A stretch of DNA of 39,527 nucleotides from Gaiellaceae bacterium (GTDB lineage: Bacteria > Actinomycetota > Thermoleophilia > Gaiellales > Gaiellaceae): the NCBI GenBank assembly GCA_039914895.1, contig JBDSOJ010000244.1, positions 1-39,527 on the forward strand, read 5' to 3'. A program made the position numbers and the translations under genes. The notes beneath the pieces were generated by a model. That model ran no database searches. It had not been told where the DNA came from and saw nothing but the letters and a program-made list of their open reading frames with translations. Positions 25,093 to 33,030 of this stretch are shown here, piece after piece. The number at the start of each line of letters is the position of its first letter. Positions within the stretch are counted from its first letter, which is position 1.

Positions 25093-25839
25093 TCAGCGCG
25101 TCAACGGCCTGACGAGCTCCTCGAGCTGCGGTGTCGGCTCGAGGCCGAGGCGATCGCGCAGCAGGCGTCGGCAGAGCTCGTACTGGCGGAGCGCCTCGCA
25201 GGCGTTGCCCTCGGAGAGGTGAACCCGGATGAGCACGCGGTGCGCGCTTTCGCGCAGCGGCTCACCCGCCACCGCCGCCAGCGCAGCCTCGAGCGCCGGT
25301 CCGAGACGTCCCGCCGCGATGAGCCGGTCGGCGAGCCCCTCGAGCGCGTGGAGACTCACCTGCCGGAACCGCTCGCGCTCGAACAGCACCCAGTCGTCGT
25401 ACCAGCCGGGCAGCAGCTCGCCGCGCAGCACGGGGTCGGGGCCTGAGAGATCCTCGCCGCGAGCAGAACCGGCCAGCAGCCGGTGGGCGAGCCGGAAGGC
25501 GGACCGAAGATCCACGTCCACGTCGGGAGCCAGGCGCAGATGCGTGCTCGTGCTCTCGACGAGCCGGAAGCCGGGCCGGTGCAGGCGCCAGAGCGACGAG
25601 CGCAGGCTCGCCGCCGCCCGCTCGTCCGAGGCATCCGTCCAGAGCGTGCCGGCCACGTAGACGCGCAGGAGCGGGTGCTCGTGGAGCGCCACGAACGCGA
25701 GCAGCCGCTGCGCGCTCAGCGGCAGGCCGACCGTCTCGCCGCCGCAACGAAGCTTGAAGGCATTGAGCAGCGAGAGCGAGGTTCGACCGTGCCGCCGGAG
25801 CCTGTCCGCGCGCTCGCGAGTGGGCGCGGCGGAGGTCAC
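25093..25839 (-). CDS. SARP-family (AfsR/DnrI/RedD-type) transcriptional regulator: OmpR-like winged helix plus BTAD
   Basis: The winged helix is LSAQRLLAFVALHEHPLLRVYVAGTLWTDASDERAAASLRSSLWRLHR. The BTAD is GELLPGWYDDWVLFERERFRQVSLHALEGLADRLIAAGRLGPALEAALAAVAGEPLRESAHRVLIRVHLSEGNACEALRQYELCRRLLRDRLGLEPTPQ. Confidence 0.88.
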   Translation of the reverse strand: MTSAAPTRERADRLRRHGRTSLSLLNAFKLRCGGETVGLPLSAQRLLAFVALHEHPLLRVYVAGTLWTDASDERAAASLRSSLWRLHRPGFRLVESTSTHLRLAPDVDVDLRSAFRLAHRLLAGSARGEDLSGPDPVLRGELLPGWYDDWVLFERERFRQVSLHALEGLADRLIAAGRLGPALEAALAAVAGEPLRESAHRVLIRVHLSEGNACEALRQYELCRRLLRDRLGLEPTPQLEELVRPLTR

Positions 25840-25941
25840 GAGGACGGGCTCGGCAACTCAGCGAGCCGGCGGCGCCGCAGAAACGAGTTGGTGGAGCACA
25901 TGGGCGACAGGCCCCTCGGTCAGCTCTCGTTCCTGTAGGCC

Positions 25942-25971
25942 ACCCTACGGCAGGCTCACGCCACGAGTCAA
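25942..25971 (-). promoter_or_regulatory. Candidate sigma-70-type promoter for the SARP gene
   Basis: On the minus strand, TTGACT (25971-25966) is separated by an 18-nt spacer from TAGGGT (25947-25942). This lies about 100 nt upstream of the GTG at 25839. Confidence 0.35.
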
Positions 25972-26112
25972 GCGCCGTTCCTCGGGTCTCGGATCGGCCA
26001 ATCTCGGCTAGAGCCGCTCGCGGCACGTCGCCTTCCGTGAGGGCGCCGCCGAACAGCGTCACGGTCCTCGTGATGCACCGGTGTGCACGGACACCGTTTC
26101 TATGCCAGCAAC

Positions 26113-26169
26113 GCGGCAGGTGGCTCAGCAAGAGCTGCAGGAGGTCGCGGGTTCGAGCCCCGTCGCTCC
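26113..26169 (+). repeat. Degenerate/chimeric tRNA-like fragment (D-arm-like plus T-arm plus acceptor 3' strand; anticodon arm missing)
   Basis: The sequence is GCGGCAGGTGGCTCAGCAAGAGCTGCAGGAGGTCGCGGGTTCGAGCCCCGTCGCTCC. Its last 30 nt match 58-87. The 5' and 3' acceptor strands are not complementary. Confidence 0.5.
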
Positions 26170-26277
26170 GGCCTCTTATAGTGCCTGGAAATGGCGATCT
26201 GTTGAACGCGAGGGCACCCGGCACGGGCGCCAATATCGGTGCGCCTCTCCATGGCGCGAGGGCTGGGAGATCGGCGG

Positions 26278-26480
26278 CATGGCCTTCTCGTTGCTCTACG
26301 TCGCCGTGCGGGCTCTGCTCAGCGCGCTTGTTCGTAGCCGTCGGGGCTCTGTTGGCGGCCGCAGCATGCCATCTGCCGCGCTCGTCGCGTGGCGTGCTTC
26401 TGGTGACTCCACGGACCTTCTGCGCTGGTCCGATCGCGCCCAAGCTGTCGGGTTTGACTCTGGCCACGTCGCAACAGGCC
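26278..26480 (+). pseudogene. Remnant of an IS481-type transposase N-terminus (frameshifted)
   Basis: MAFSLLYVAVRALLSALVRSRRG is followed, in shifted frames, by LLVTPRT and LLRW. This resembles the usual actinobacterial start M..LLYL....L..LL.RS...(LRHQ)...LVTP.TLL.WHR. No catalytic domain follows. Confidence 0.35.
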
Positions 26481-26637
26481 AATCCGGCAGGTGGTCGCTG
26501 ACCCGCTGCCGCTGATCACCTCGCTCAAGCCCCCGTTGCTGCTGGCTTGTAACAGGCGAATCCGCCAGGTGTGACCATGTGCTTGCGCCTGTTTCCTGTG
26601 AAGACGACAAAAACACCGATCTAGCAGGGATGTTCGA

Positions 26638-26807
26638 AGCGGATGATGGGACTCGAACCCACGACCTTCTGCATGGCAAGTGAGCGCAAGCGTTCGCGCC
26701 CGTTCACGCCCGTTCGCTCAACCGCTCTTTTGCAGGTGATTGCGTCGGTGCGAGCGAACGGGCGCGAACCCGAGCAAACCACGAGTGTGACCATTGTGAC
26801 CACGCGG
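26638..26807 (-). repeat. att-like direct repeat, copy 2: tRNA-Gly 3' part (26638-26680) plus a conserved arm abutting the integrase stop
   Basis: The core is identical to the tRNA 3' part. The arm carries CGTTCGC/CGTTCAC/CGTTCGC at 26691, 26701 and 26711, and GTGTGACCATTGTGACCAC at 26785-26803. It ends 2 nt before the integrase stop codon (26809). Confidence 0.8.
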
Positions 26808-26808
26808 T

Positions 26809-27480
26809 TCACGCCTCAAATGCCTTCGCGAGCTTGCTGGCGAGCTGGCCCCGCCCCGCATCTGTGAGGCCGGCGTAGGCGGCTGCCGTGATCTTCGAGT
26901 TGGCGTGACGGGCGAGCGCCGAGGCTTCGGGCGACGTCAGGCCGGAAGCGAGCGCTATGGCAACGAAGCTATGGCGTAGGTCGTGGAGGCCCACGCGTTC
27001 GCGCCGGTCCTCGTTTAGCCCAGCTCGGTCTCCTGCCACGTGCACCGCTCGAAGCGCGTTGCGAACGCTTTGAGGCTTTCCCGTGGCCGTCGTAAAGACG
27101 TAGGCGTCTCGGTGAACACGCGAGAGATCCACGGACGCAACGCGCTGCCTTTGAGACAGGAGCTCCACGGCCAGCGCCGGCAAGAGCGGAACGGACGAAG
27201 CACTAGCCAGCGTCTTGAGCGGAACTCGCTCGCCAAACGTGCCCTCGAAGATCGCGAGGCCGACATGGGTCGCGAGCCCCGCCCCGAGCCAGAGCGCGTG
27301 CACCTCCTCGCGGCTGAGGCTCTCGTGCCGCAACCGGAGCTCGACCACGTCCGCGAGCAGCTTCGGGATCGAGAGCGCCTCGACGAGCTCGACCTGACGG
27401 CCGATGAACTCGGCGAGCGCTTCGCGGTCGACTCGGTACTCCATCCTCTTCGTCCTCCTTCGTCTGTTGATTTGAGACAA
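26809..27480 (-). pseudogene. Tyrosine recombinase/integrase, short and probably inactive
   Basis: The C-terminal catalytic motifs are present (KTLASASSVPL, HDLRHSF, ARHANSKITAAAYAG). The protein is only 223 aa, and the box I region reads HVGLAIFEG, where the catalytic Arg is expected. An N-terminal core-binding domain seems to be missing. Confidence 0.55.
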
Positions 27481-27551
27481 CGGCGACCGCGTGTAAACCC
27501 GCTGTCTGGCCCGCTCGCTCCCACCGTCCCGGTGGATCTGCGTCTACTGGG

Positions 27552-27758
27552 TTACGCCGTGTCCGCGGGCAGGCGATCGGTGTCGAGCGCCCACCGCTCG
27601 ATCGAGCTCCAGCGCCAGACCGTGGAGCGACCGAGCTTCCCTATCGGTTTCGGGAAACCGGGTCCGGCCGCGAGGACGTTCACCCGCTGCGGCGAAATTC
27701 CGAGCCGCTTCGCGATGTCAACCGCGATCACAAGCTCTGTTCGCGCGTCAAGCCGCAT
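27552..27758 (-). CDS. AlpA/excisionase-family helix-turn-helix protein
   Basis: VDIAKRLGISPQRVNVLAAGPGFPKPIGKLGRSTVWRWSSIERW fits the Xis/AlpA pattern. The gene sits immediately upstream of the integrase. Confidence 0.7.
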   Translation of the reverse strand: MRLDARTELVIAVDIAKRLGISPQRVNVLAAGPGFPKPIGKLGRSTVWRWSSIERWALDTDRLPADTA

Positions 27759-27816
27759 GCATCGAGGATAGCGATGCCCTTGTTTTGAATCAACCGACCG
27801 TGGTGGACGCGCAGCT

Positions 27817-28668
27817 CTATGCGGCCGGTTCGACAGGAGCGCGCCGGAGGCGTGCGCGGTCGAGTGCTGCGGCCTCGAGCGCCTCGACGAGCGGATGGCC
27901 GGTCGTTGCGACCACGAGGAGCTGCTCGATCGCCCGCGTCATCCCCACGTACACGGTGCGACGCAGCTCGTCGAGATCCTGATCCTGACCTGGGTCGCAA
28001 CAGAGCACGACGTGACGAAACTCAAGCCCCTTGGCACTGTGAACAGTCGAGAGGATCACGGGCTCAGCGGCCTGCGCCACTACGTTCTTGTTGTCCGGAG
28101 CTGCAGGGTCGGTCACCCAGAAGTGATCGACGTTTGCCGCAGCGAGCGCGTCTCTTAGAGGCTGCCCATCCCATCTATTCAGGTAGAGGACGGCAATGCC
28201 GCGTGGAGCCTGAGCTCGTTGCAGCAGCGCTTCAACCTGCCTGACAACTAACTGGATGGACTCTTCGTCGACGACGATCGAGACGGTCGGCAAGGGACCA
28301 TTACGCACAGCCTTCTCAGGGGGCACTATGGTGTTCTCATCCTCCAGATCCGGCGTCGCGGCGGTGCTCAGCTTCGCATCCTGGAGAAGGAAGGCGGCCG
28401 CAAGCTCCACGGTTTCCTTCGTGTTCCGGTAGTTGACATCGAGCGTCCTCGTGCGCCGGCCCACCGCGTTGATGCCGGCCGCCTCCCACGTGAACTTGCG
28501 TCGGAAGATGTTCTGGGCAGCATCCGCGACCACCATCAGATCGTCGTAGCGCTCGTCGAGCAGACCCACGGCGAACCGCAGTGCGGAAGTCGAGAAGTCC
28601 TGCGCCTCGCCTATGAAAACACCGCGATAGCGGGTAAGAGCACCTCGACCGAGTGCTTCCAGCGCCAC
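27817..28668 (-). pseudogene. UvrD/Rep-like superfamily 1 helicase, C-terminal fragment (Walker A region missing)
   Basis: The fragment starts at motif II (VFIGEAQDF). It contains VNYRNTKE and the C-terminal motifs STVHSAKGLEFRHVVL and VYVGMTRAIEQLLV. No P-loop-encoding sequence lies upstream. Confidence 0.6.
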
Positions 28669-28700
28669 TTACGCCCGAAGTAGGCGAAGAGCTCGTGCGC

Positions 28701-29656
28701 ATGTGTTTCGGCGAGGACGTTGGGCCGATGGAGGACGTGCGCGTAACGACCCAGCATGGCGTCGTGAGCGGGCGGCTCGATGCCTTCTTGGCCGGACCAG
28801 CTTTGAGCTAATCGTCGAGAGCAAGCTGAACTCGGCCTACGGCGACAACCAGATTCGCAAGTACCTCGATTGGCTGATGGGCAGGCCATACGGCCCGCGC
28901 CGGGGCCTCATGACCTTGACCGCAAAGCGTGCCGACTGGAACGATGAAGATCTTGATCACGCCCGGAAGAACGCAATCACCGCGGCCCCACGTCGGTGGG
29001 AGGACCTGCACTCCGCTCTCGCCCCTTTTCTACAGCAGTCCGAGGATGACTCGCTCGCGGCACGACTTGTCCGCGAGTTTCTGGAGATGCTCGCCAAGGA
29101 GAAACTAGTTCCCATGCCAGCGCTTGCCAACAGCGAACTCGAGACTCGTGGGCCAAAAGCGCTGAGGTCGAGCGCCGCTTCCTCGAGTACTTCCGCGCCT
29201 GCGTGCCAGTGATCGGCGAAAGGCTCGATATCGCGCCGCATCCGAATCGCTGGTCGAGCAAGGTTGGACTTGCCTACCAGGACTTCGAAACATCTGATGG
29301 CGAGTCGATCATGGTTGCGTTTCAGAGTTCAGACGAGGGGCTTGACATGAGGCCCAAGATCTACAGAAAGGTTCCGATCATCTGGCTCGGAATTCTCGCC
29401 CAGGCACGAGGCGATTGGGAGGCTGCGTGCGATGCCCTCGAAGCCCGCGCCTCCGTCGGGATGGCGACTGAACCCGAAGCGGTATTACCGGCGTCCTCGG
29501 ATCTGGCGCTATCTCGACGAGCTCGTACTCCCAGCAGAGACCTTTGAGGAACAGGCCGCTGCGATCGCCACCGCCTGCAAGGACGGCCTCTCGTGGTTGG
29601 CTACCGCACCGTCCTTGATCGATACGGCCGGCCCCAAGCACCTCGCGGAACAATAA
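28701..29656 (+). pseudogene. PD-(D/E)xK nuclease-family gene broken by about three frameshifts
   Basis: The reading continues across frames: GRLDAFLAGP | ELIVESKLNSAYGDNQIRKYLDWL ... ELETR | WAKSAEVERRFLEYFRACVPVIGERLD ... EAACDALEAR | GWRLNPKRYYRRPRIWRYLDELVLPAETFEEQ. The D...ExK...QxxxY arrangement is typical of PD-(D/E)xK proteins. Confidence 0.5.
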
Positions 29657-29671
29657 AATGGCGGCGCTATC

Positions 29672-30148
29672 GTGAGAATCAACAGCGCCGAGAACGTGGC
29701 GGTCTTTAGCCGCAACCACCGCGACTACCTCGAAGAGGCGAAGACGATCGGGGCGCGGGACCCAAGCGAGCGCGTTGTCTTTCGTGCGAAAGCGAAATGG
29801 GCGACCGCAGAGCGGGCGATCGGGAGGCTCGGACCGATCCCGATCTACCTGGCGGCCATTGGTGCGGCGGGGCAGGTCGAATATGAGGCCAAGCTCTGCG
29901 AGGTGCTGCTCGATCCGGTCGCGGGAAGCCCGGAGGCGGACGAATGGCTTGACCACGTTCTCGAAGCTACTGCTTCGGAGGGGTTGTGGGATCCGCCCGT
30001 GAGCACGCTGTACGCGATTTGCGCCTGCCGGACGCTGAAGCAGCCGCTTCCGATCACGCGGCTGGTAAAGCTGTCGGACGGGGAGCCGATCAGCGCCGAC
30101 TACGGGTACAGCTACGCGATCGTTCGCGCGATAGACGACCTCGAGTGA
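29672..30148 (+). CDS. Hypothetical protein (158 aa)
   Basis: This is an intact ORF with a GTG start and protein-like composition. I recognise no family. Confidence 0.45.
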   Translation: MRINSAENVAVFSRNHRDYLEEAKTIGARDPSERVVFRAKAKWATAERAIGRLGPIPIYLAAIGAAGQVEYEAKLCEVLLDPVAGSPEADEWLDHVLEATASEGLWDPPVSTLYAICACRTLKQPLPITRLVKLSDGEPISADYGYSYAIVRAIDDLE

Positions 30149-30621
30149 CTGCAGCCCGCGGCACCAACGGGGACGCGCAGTTCATGCGTGACGGCTACCC
30201 GGTGGTGGTGAGCCCGAAGGACGAGACGCATGAGATCCAGAGCGTCGAGGAGTGGCTCGAGTAGGCGGGGCCGCTCCGCGGGACTACCAGTGGGCCGGCG
30301 AGCGGAGCGCGAAGGAGGTCGCAAGCGCGTGGGTCGGTACGCGCGTGCCGGAGCGAGTTGCAGGCGCTGCTCGAGGGCAACGATGAGCTGGGCGTGATCG
30401 GGTCGTGACGGCGATCCCGGAGCTGCCGCGCCGTTGGTGCCGTCCCGAGCGGGAACCGCCGCCAAGACCTCATCCTTCTTGCGACCGCGGCTCGGATACC
30501 GGAATTTCTGCCTCGAGTGCGCCCAGCCGATCCTCGAGGTCGCTCAGATCGACCTGGACCGGCTGCGCGTCGACTTGAAGATCCAGGCGCAGGAACCGTG
30601 AGCGTGAAGCAGTCAGGCGGG

Positions 30622-31366
30622 ATGTCACAGAAAGAGATCATGCGCCTCGTCAACCTGCTACATCGGGGTCAAGGAGGGCTACCTCGGCGACTTCACCTAC
30701 CGGACTCACGCCGAGTTCTATCCCATCCACTGCGACCTAGAGATCAACCCGAACGAATACGAGGGCACGACGCGAGAGCGGTTCATCGAGATCCTCTCGA
30801 CGTGCTCGCCGCACGAGCAGGCGAAGATCGTCCGCGGCATCCTCGAGAAGTACCCCGCCGGTGGCTCTGGGCTGCAGACCCAGGCAATGCACGACGAGTA
30901 CGTTGCGCTCGCCGATCGTCTCGAGCGGGGCGGGATGGTCGCCGGCGACCCACCGGCTGCCACTACGGAGGTGGTTCGGCGCGCGATTGACGACGTCGAT
31001 TCACTGCTGGCGAAGGGCGGCCCGACGAGCGCCGTCGACCGGGTGCACACGACACTCCACGGCCATCTCCGCTACCTCTGCGACGAGGCAGGCATCGAGT
31101 ACGACCGGGATGACTCGACGACCGCGCTCCTCAAGAAGATCCGGCGCGAGCACTCGGCCCTTCAGAACCTCGGTACTCGCGCTGACGACATCACGAAGAT
31201 CCTGAACGCCTCGGCCAGCATCCTCGACGCCCTTAACCCGGTGCGAAACAAGGCGAGCGTCGCGCACCCGAACAAGGATCTTCTCGGACGCGATGAAGCT
31301 CAGCTTGTCGTGAACGCAGGTCGGACGCTGTTGACTTACCTTGATGCGAAGCTGAATGCCGAGTAG
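30622..31366 (+). pseudogene. Abortive-infection protein (AbiJ-like N-domain plus Abi_C C-terminal domain), one frameshift near 30655
   Basis: MSQKEIMRLVN from the ATG at 30622 continues in the next frame as YIGVKEGYLGDFTYRTHAEFYPIHCDLEINPNEYEGTTRERFIEIL...QAMHDEY, running into track ORF 30887..31366. The C-terminus LNPVRNKASVAHPN...EAQLVVNAGRTLLTYL is the Abi_C signature. Confidence 0.6.
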
Positions 31367-31614
31367 CCAGCTCGAAGCTGCTCGGGTCGAGGCTTGGGCC
31401 GTGGGGCCAAGCGCCGATGTTCGCTAGCAAGCCCGCTTCGCTTCTAGGTTGCGGCTCTGAGATTGCCGAGATGGCCGTGCTCAGCATTGCGGCCTCGGCT
31501 TCGGGTTCTGGGATGCGGCCGCCTCGCCTCGCGCAAACGAGGTCAACCGAAAAATACCAATGAGTGTGACCATTTTGTGACCACAGAGCCGCAGGCGTTT
31601 TCTCCTGAGACGAC

Positions 31615-31639
31615 AAAACCCCGCTCTAGCGGGGGTTTT
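31615..31639. terminator. Rho-independent-terminator-like hairpin next to tRNA-Gly 3' copy 3
   Basis: AAAACCCCGC-TCTA-GCGGGGGTTTT forms a GC stem flanked by A4/T4, so it could act in either direction. Degenerate versions of the same sequence precede tRNA-3' copies 1 and 2. Confidence 0.55.
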
Positions 31640-31645
31640 ACGAGG

Positions 31646-31688
31646 AGCGGATGATGGGACTCGAACCCACGACCTTCTGCATGGCAAG
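31646..31688 (-). repeat. att-like direct repeat, copy 3: tRNA-Gly 3' part only
   Basis: AGCGGATGATGGGACTCGAACCCACGACCTTCTGCATGGCAAG is identical to the tRNA 3' part. The flanking arm (31689 onward) is unrelated to the arm of copies 1 and 2. Confidence 0.8.
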
Positions 31689-31791
31689 GACAACCTGCCC
31701 GGTGACAGCAGCCGACAGGAGCGGCCAACCCGCCTGTTCAAGCCGAAGGCCGCACAGCCGTGGCGTCACCGGACGCCAGCAGCCGACGGCC

Positions 31792-31815
31792 AAACCTGAC
31801 TAGAAACCTGACTAG
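31792..31815 (+). repeat. Perfect tandem duplication AAACCTGACTAG x2
   Basis: The duplication was read directly. A similar doublet, GCTGACTA-AAA-GCTGACTA, lies at 39314-39332. Confidence 0.7.
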
Positions 31816-31910
31816 CCGGTTTCGGTCACGTCGCGGCCGTCGCGCTCGTACGCCTCGAGCGTGACCCGGCGTCGGCGTGCCGGCGAGACGGGCGAGCCAG
31901 TGCTTTAAAG

Positions 31911-32689
31911 TCAACGGCCAGTCGACGAGAGGATCAGGTTCACAGTCTTTGCAGGGACGTCCCAGTGCGGAAAGTGCCCGCACCGCTCGAACCAGTGGAG
32001 TTTCGCCTGCGGGAACCGCTCCTGGGCGAGTTTCGCCTGCGACGGAAAGCAGACTCGGTCCTGCCGGCCCCAGCCAATCGTGATCGTCCCCGGCGTCGAA
32101 TCCGCGCGTGCCTGCGTCGGGCCTTCGACGAGCTCGCGCAGAACGCGATCGAAGTGCTTCGCTGTCGCGAGGCTCTGGAGCTCGGCGGTCGCGGCGCTCG
32201 CAGGCACCGCCCACGGGCGGGCGGAGAACTGCGCGAGAAGCGCCGTTCGTCCGGCCGCGCTACGCATCAACGTCCTGAGCGCAGGCCTCAGAAAGCGAAC
32301 GAGCCGGACCGAGACGGCCAGCGACGCGCTGGAAATACGCACATGGTGGGGGCTCCAGAAGCCGCCTGGGTCGAGCGAGACCGTCGATCCGGTGGCGCCG
32401 CGACGGGCGAGCTCGAGCACGATGCGCGCGCCCATCGAGCTACCAACGACATCGGCGCCCTCAAGGTTATGCACAGACTGGAATTCTGCAAGGGCGGGCT
32501 AAACGCCGCGATCGTCGGCCTCCCCGTAAGCGGCGGAGACGCACCAAAACCGGGCAAGTCGAGCGCGATCACCTCACGCTGCGCGGAGAGCGGCTCGATG
32601 ATCGTCGACCACGTCCCGAGATTAGACCCCAGACCGTGCACGAGGAGCAGTGGCCGGCCGGAGCCTCGTCGGATGTGATTCAGCACCAC
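31911..32689 (-). pseudogene. Alpha/beta hydrolase, frameshifted near 32495-32505
   Basis: The N-part is in one frame (GRPLLLVHGLGSNLGTWSTIIEPLSAQREVIALDLPGFGAS...PTIAAF). The C-part is in another (PALAEFQSVHNLEGADVVGSSMGARIVLELA...HWFERCGHFPHWD). The GxSxG nucleophile elbow and the C-terminal His are present. Confidence 0.65.
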
Positions 32690-33030
32690 GCGGCCACAGT
32701 AGCCACTGTTTCCTGGACGGCTCTCGAGCTGGCCCCACTTTTTGTCAGGCAGACATAAAGGCTCCTCGCGGCCAAGACGCCCCCAGGGACGTCGCACTGG
32801 CAGAGGCGGGCCTTAACGGCCTCCGAGGCGAGCTTGACGGTCTCTGCGAGACCGCTCATCCGCGAAAGACAACCTCAACCGGGGCGTACACCACCAGCGG
32901 GACGCTACTGACGCCGGCTGCCGCTACTGGTCTGACGGGGTCGGTTGACATGTGAGGCATGGAGTGAAATGCTCGGCTCGTTGCCGAGGTAGTCAGCTCG
33001 GAGGAAGGTTGTTGTTGTGCGAGCACTTCG

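Larger units (their letters stand above)
324..26680. mobile_element. Putative integrative-island remnant carrying the contractile injection system operon; no integrase of its own
   Basis: The segment is bounded by direct copies of the tRNA-Gly 3' end (324-367 and 26638-26680). Its end architecture matches the neighbouring xis-int island: the same arm on the left and a GTGTGACCAT motif plus degenerate terminator-like sequence on the right (26569-26637). Confidence 0.45.
26638..31688. mobile_element. Decayed integrative element (xis-int plus defence-gene remnants) between tRNA-Gly 3' copies 2 and 3
   Basis: It is flanked by the direct tRNA-3' repeats. An integrase and an excisionase-like gene sit next to the left repeat. 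The GTGTGACCAT(T)TTGTGACCAC motif occurs near both ends (26785-26803 and 31564-31584). GC content is visibly lower than in the CIS operon. Confidence 0.6.

Noticed and set aside
25262-26515. The 406-aa minus-strand ORF 25262..26482 and plus-strand ORFs 26037..26501 and 26081..26515
   Set aside because: The 406-aa ORF overlaps the SARP gene out of frame and is Arg-rich. The plus-strand ORFs run through tRNA-like sequence and appear to hold only scraps of a transposase N-terminus in shifting frames.
28337-28889. Minus-strand ORFs 28337..28702 and 28611..28889 as the missing N-terminal half of the UvrD-like helicase
   Set aside because: Neither translation contains a Walker A/P-loop or other SF1 motifs. 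They overlap the plus-strand nuclease remnant and look like chance frames.
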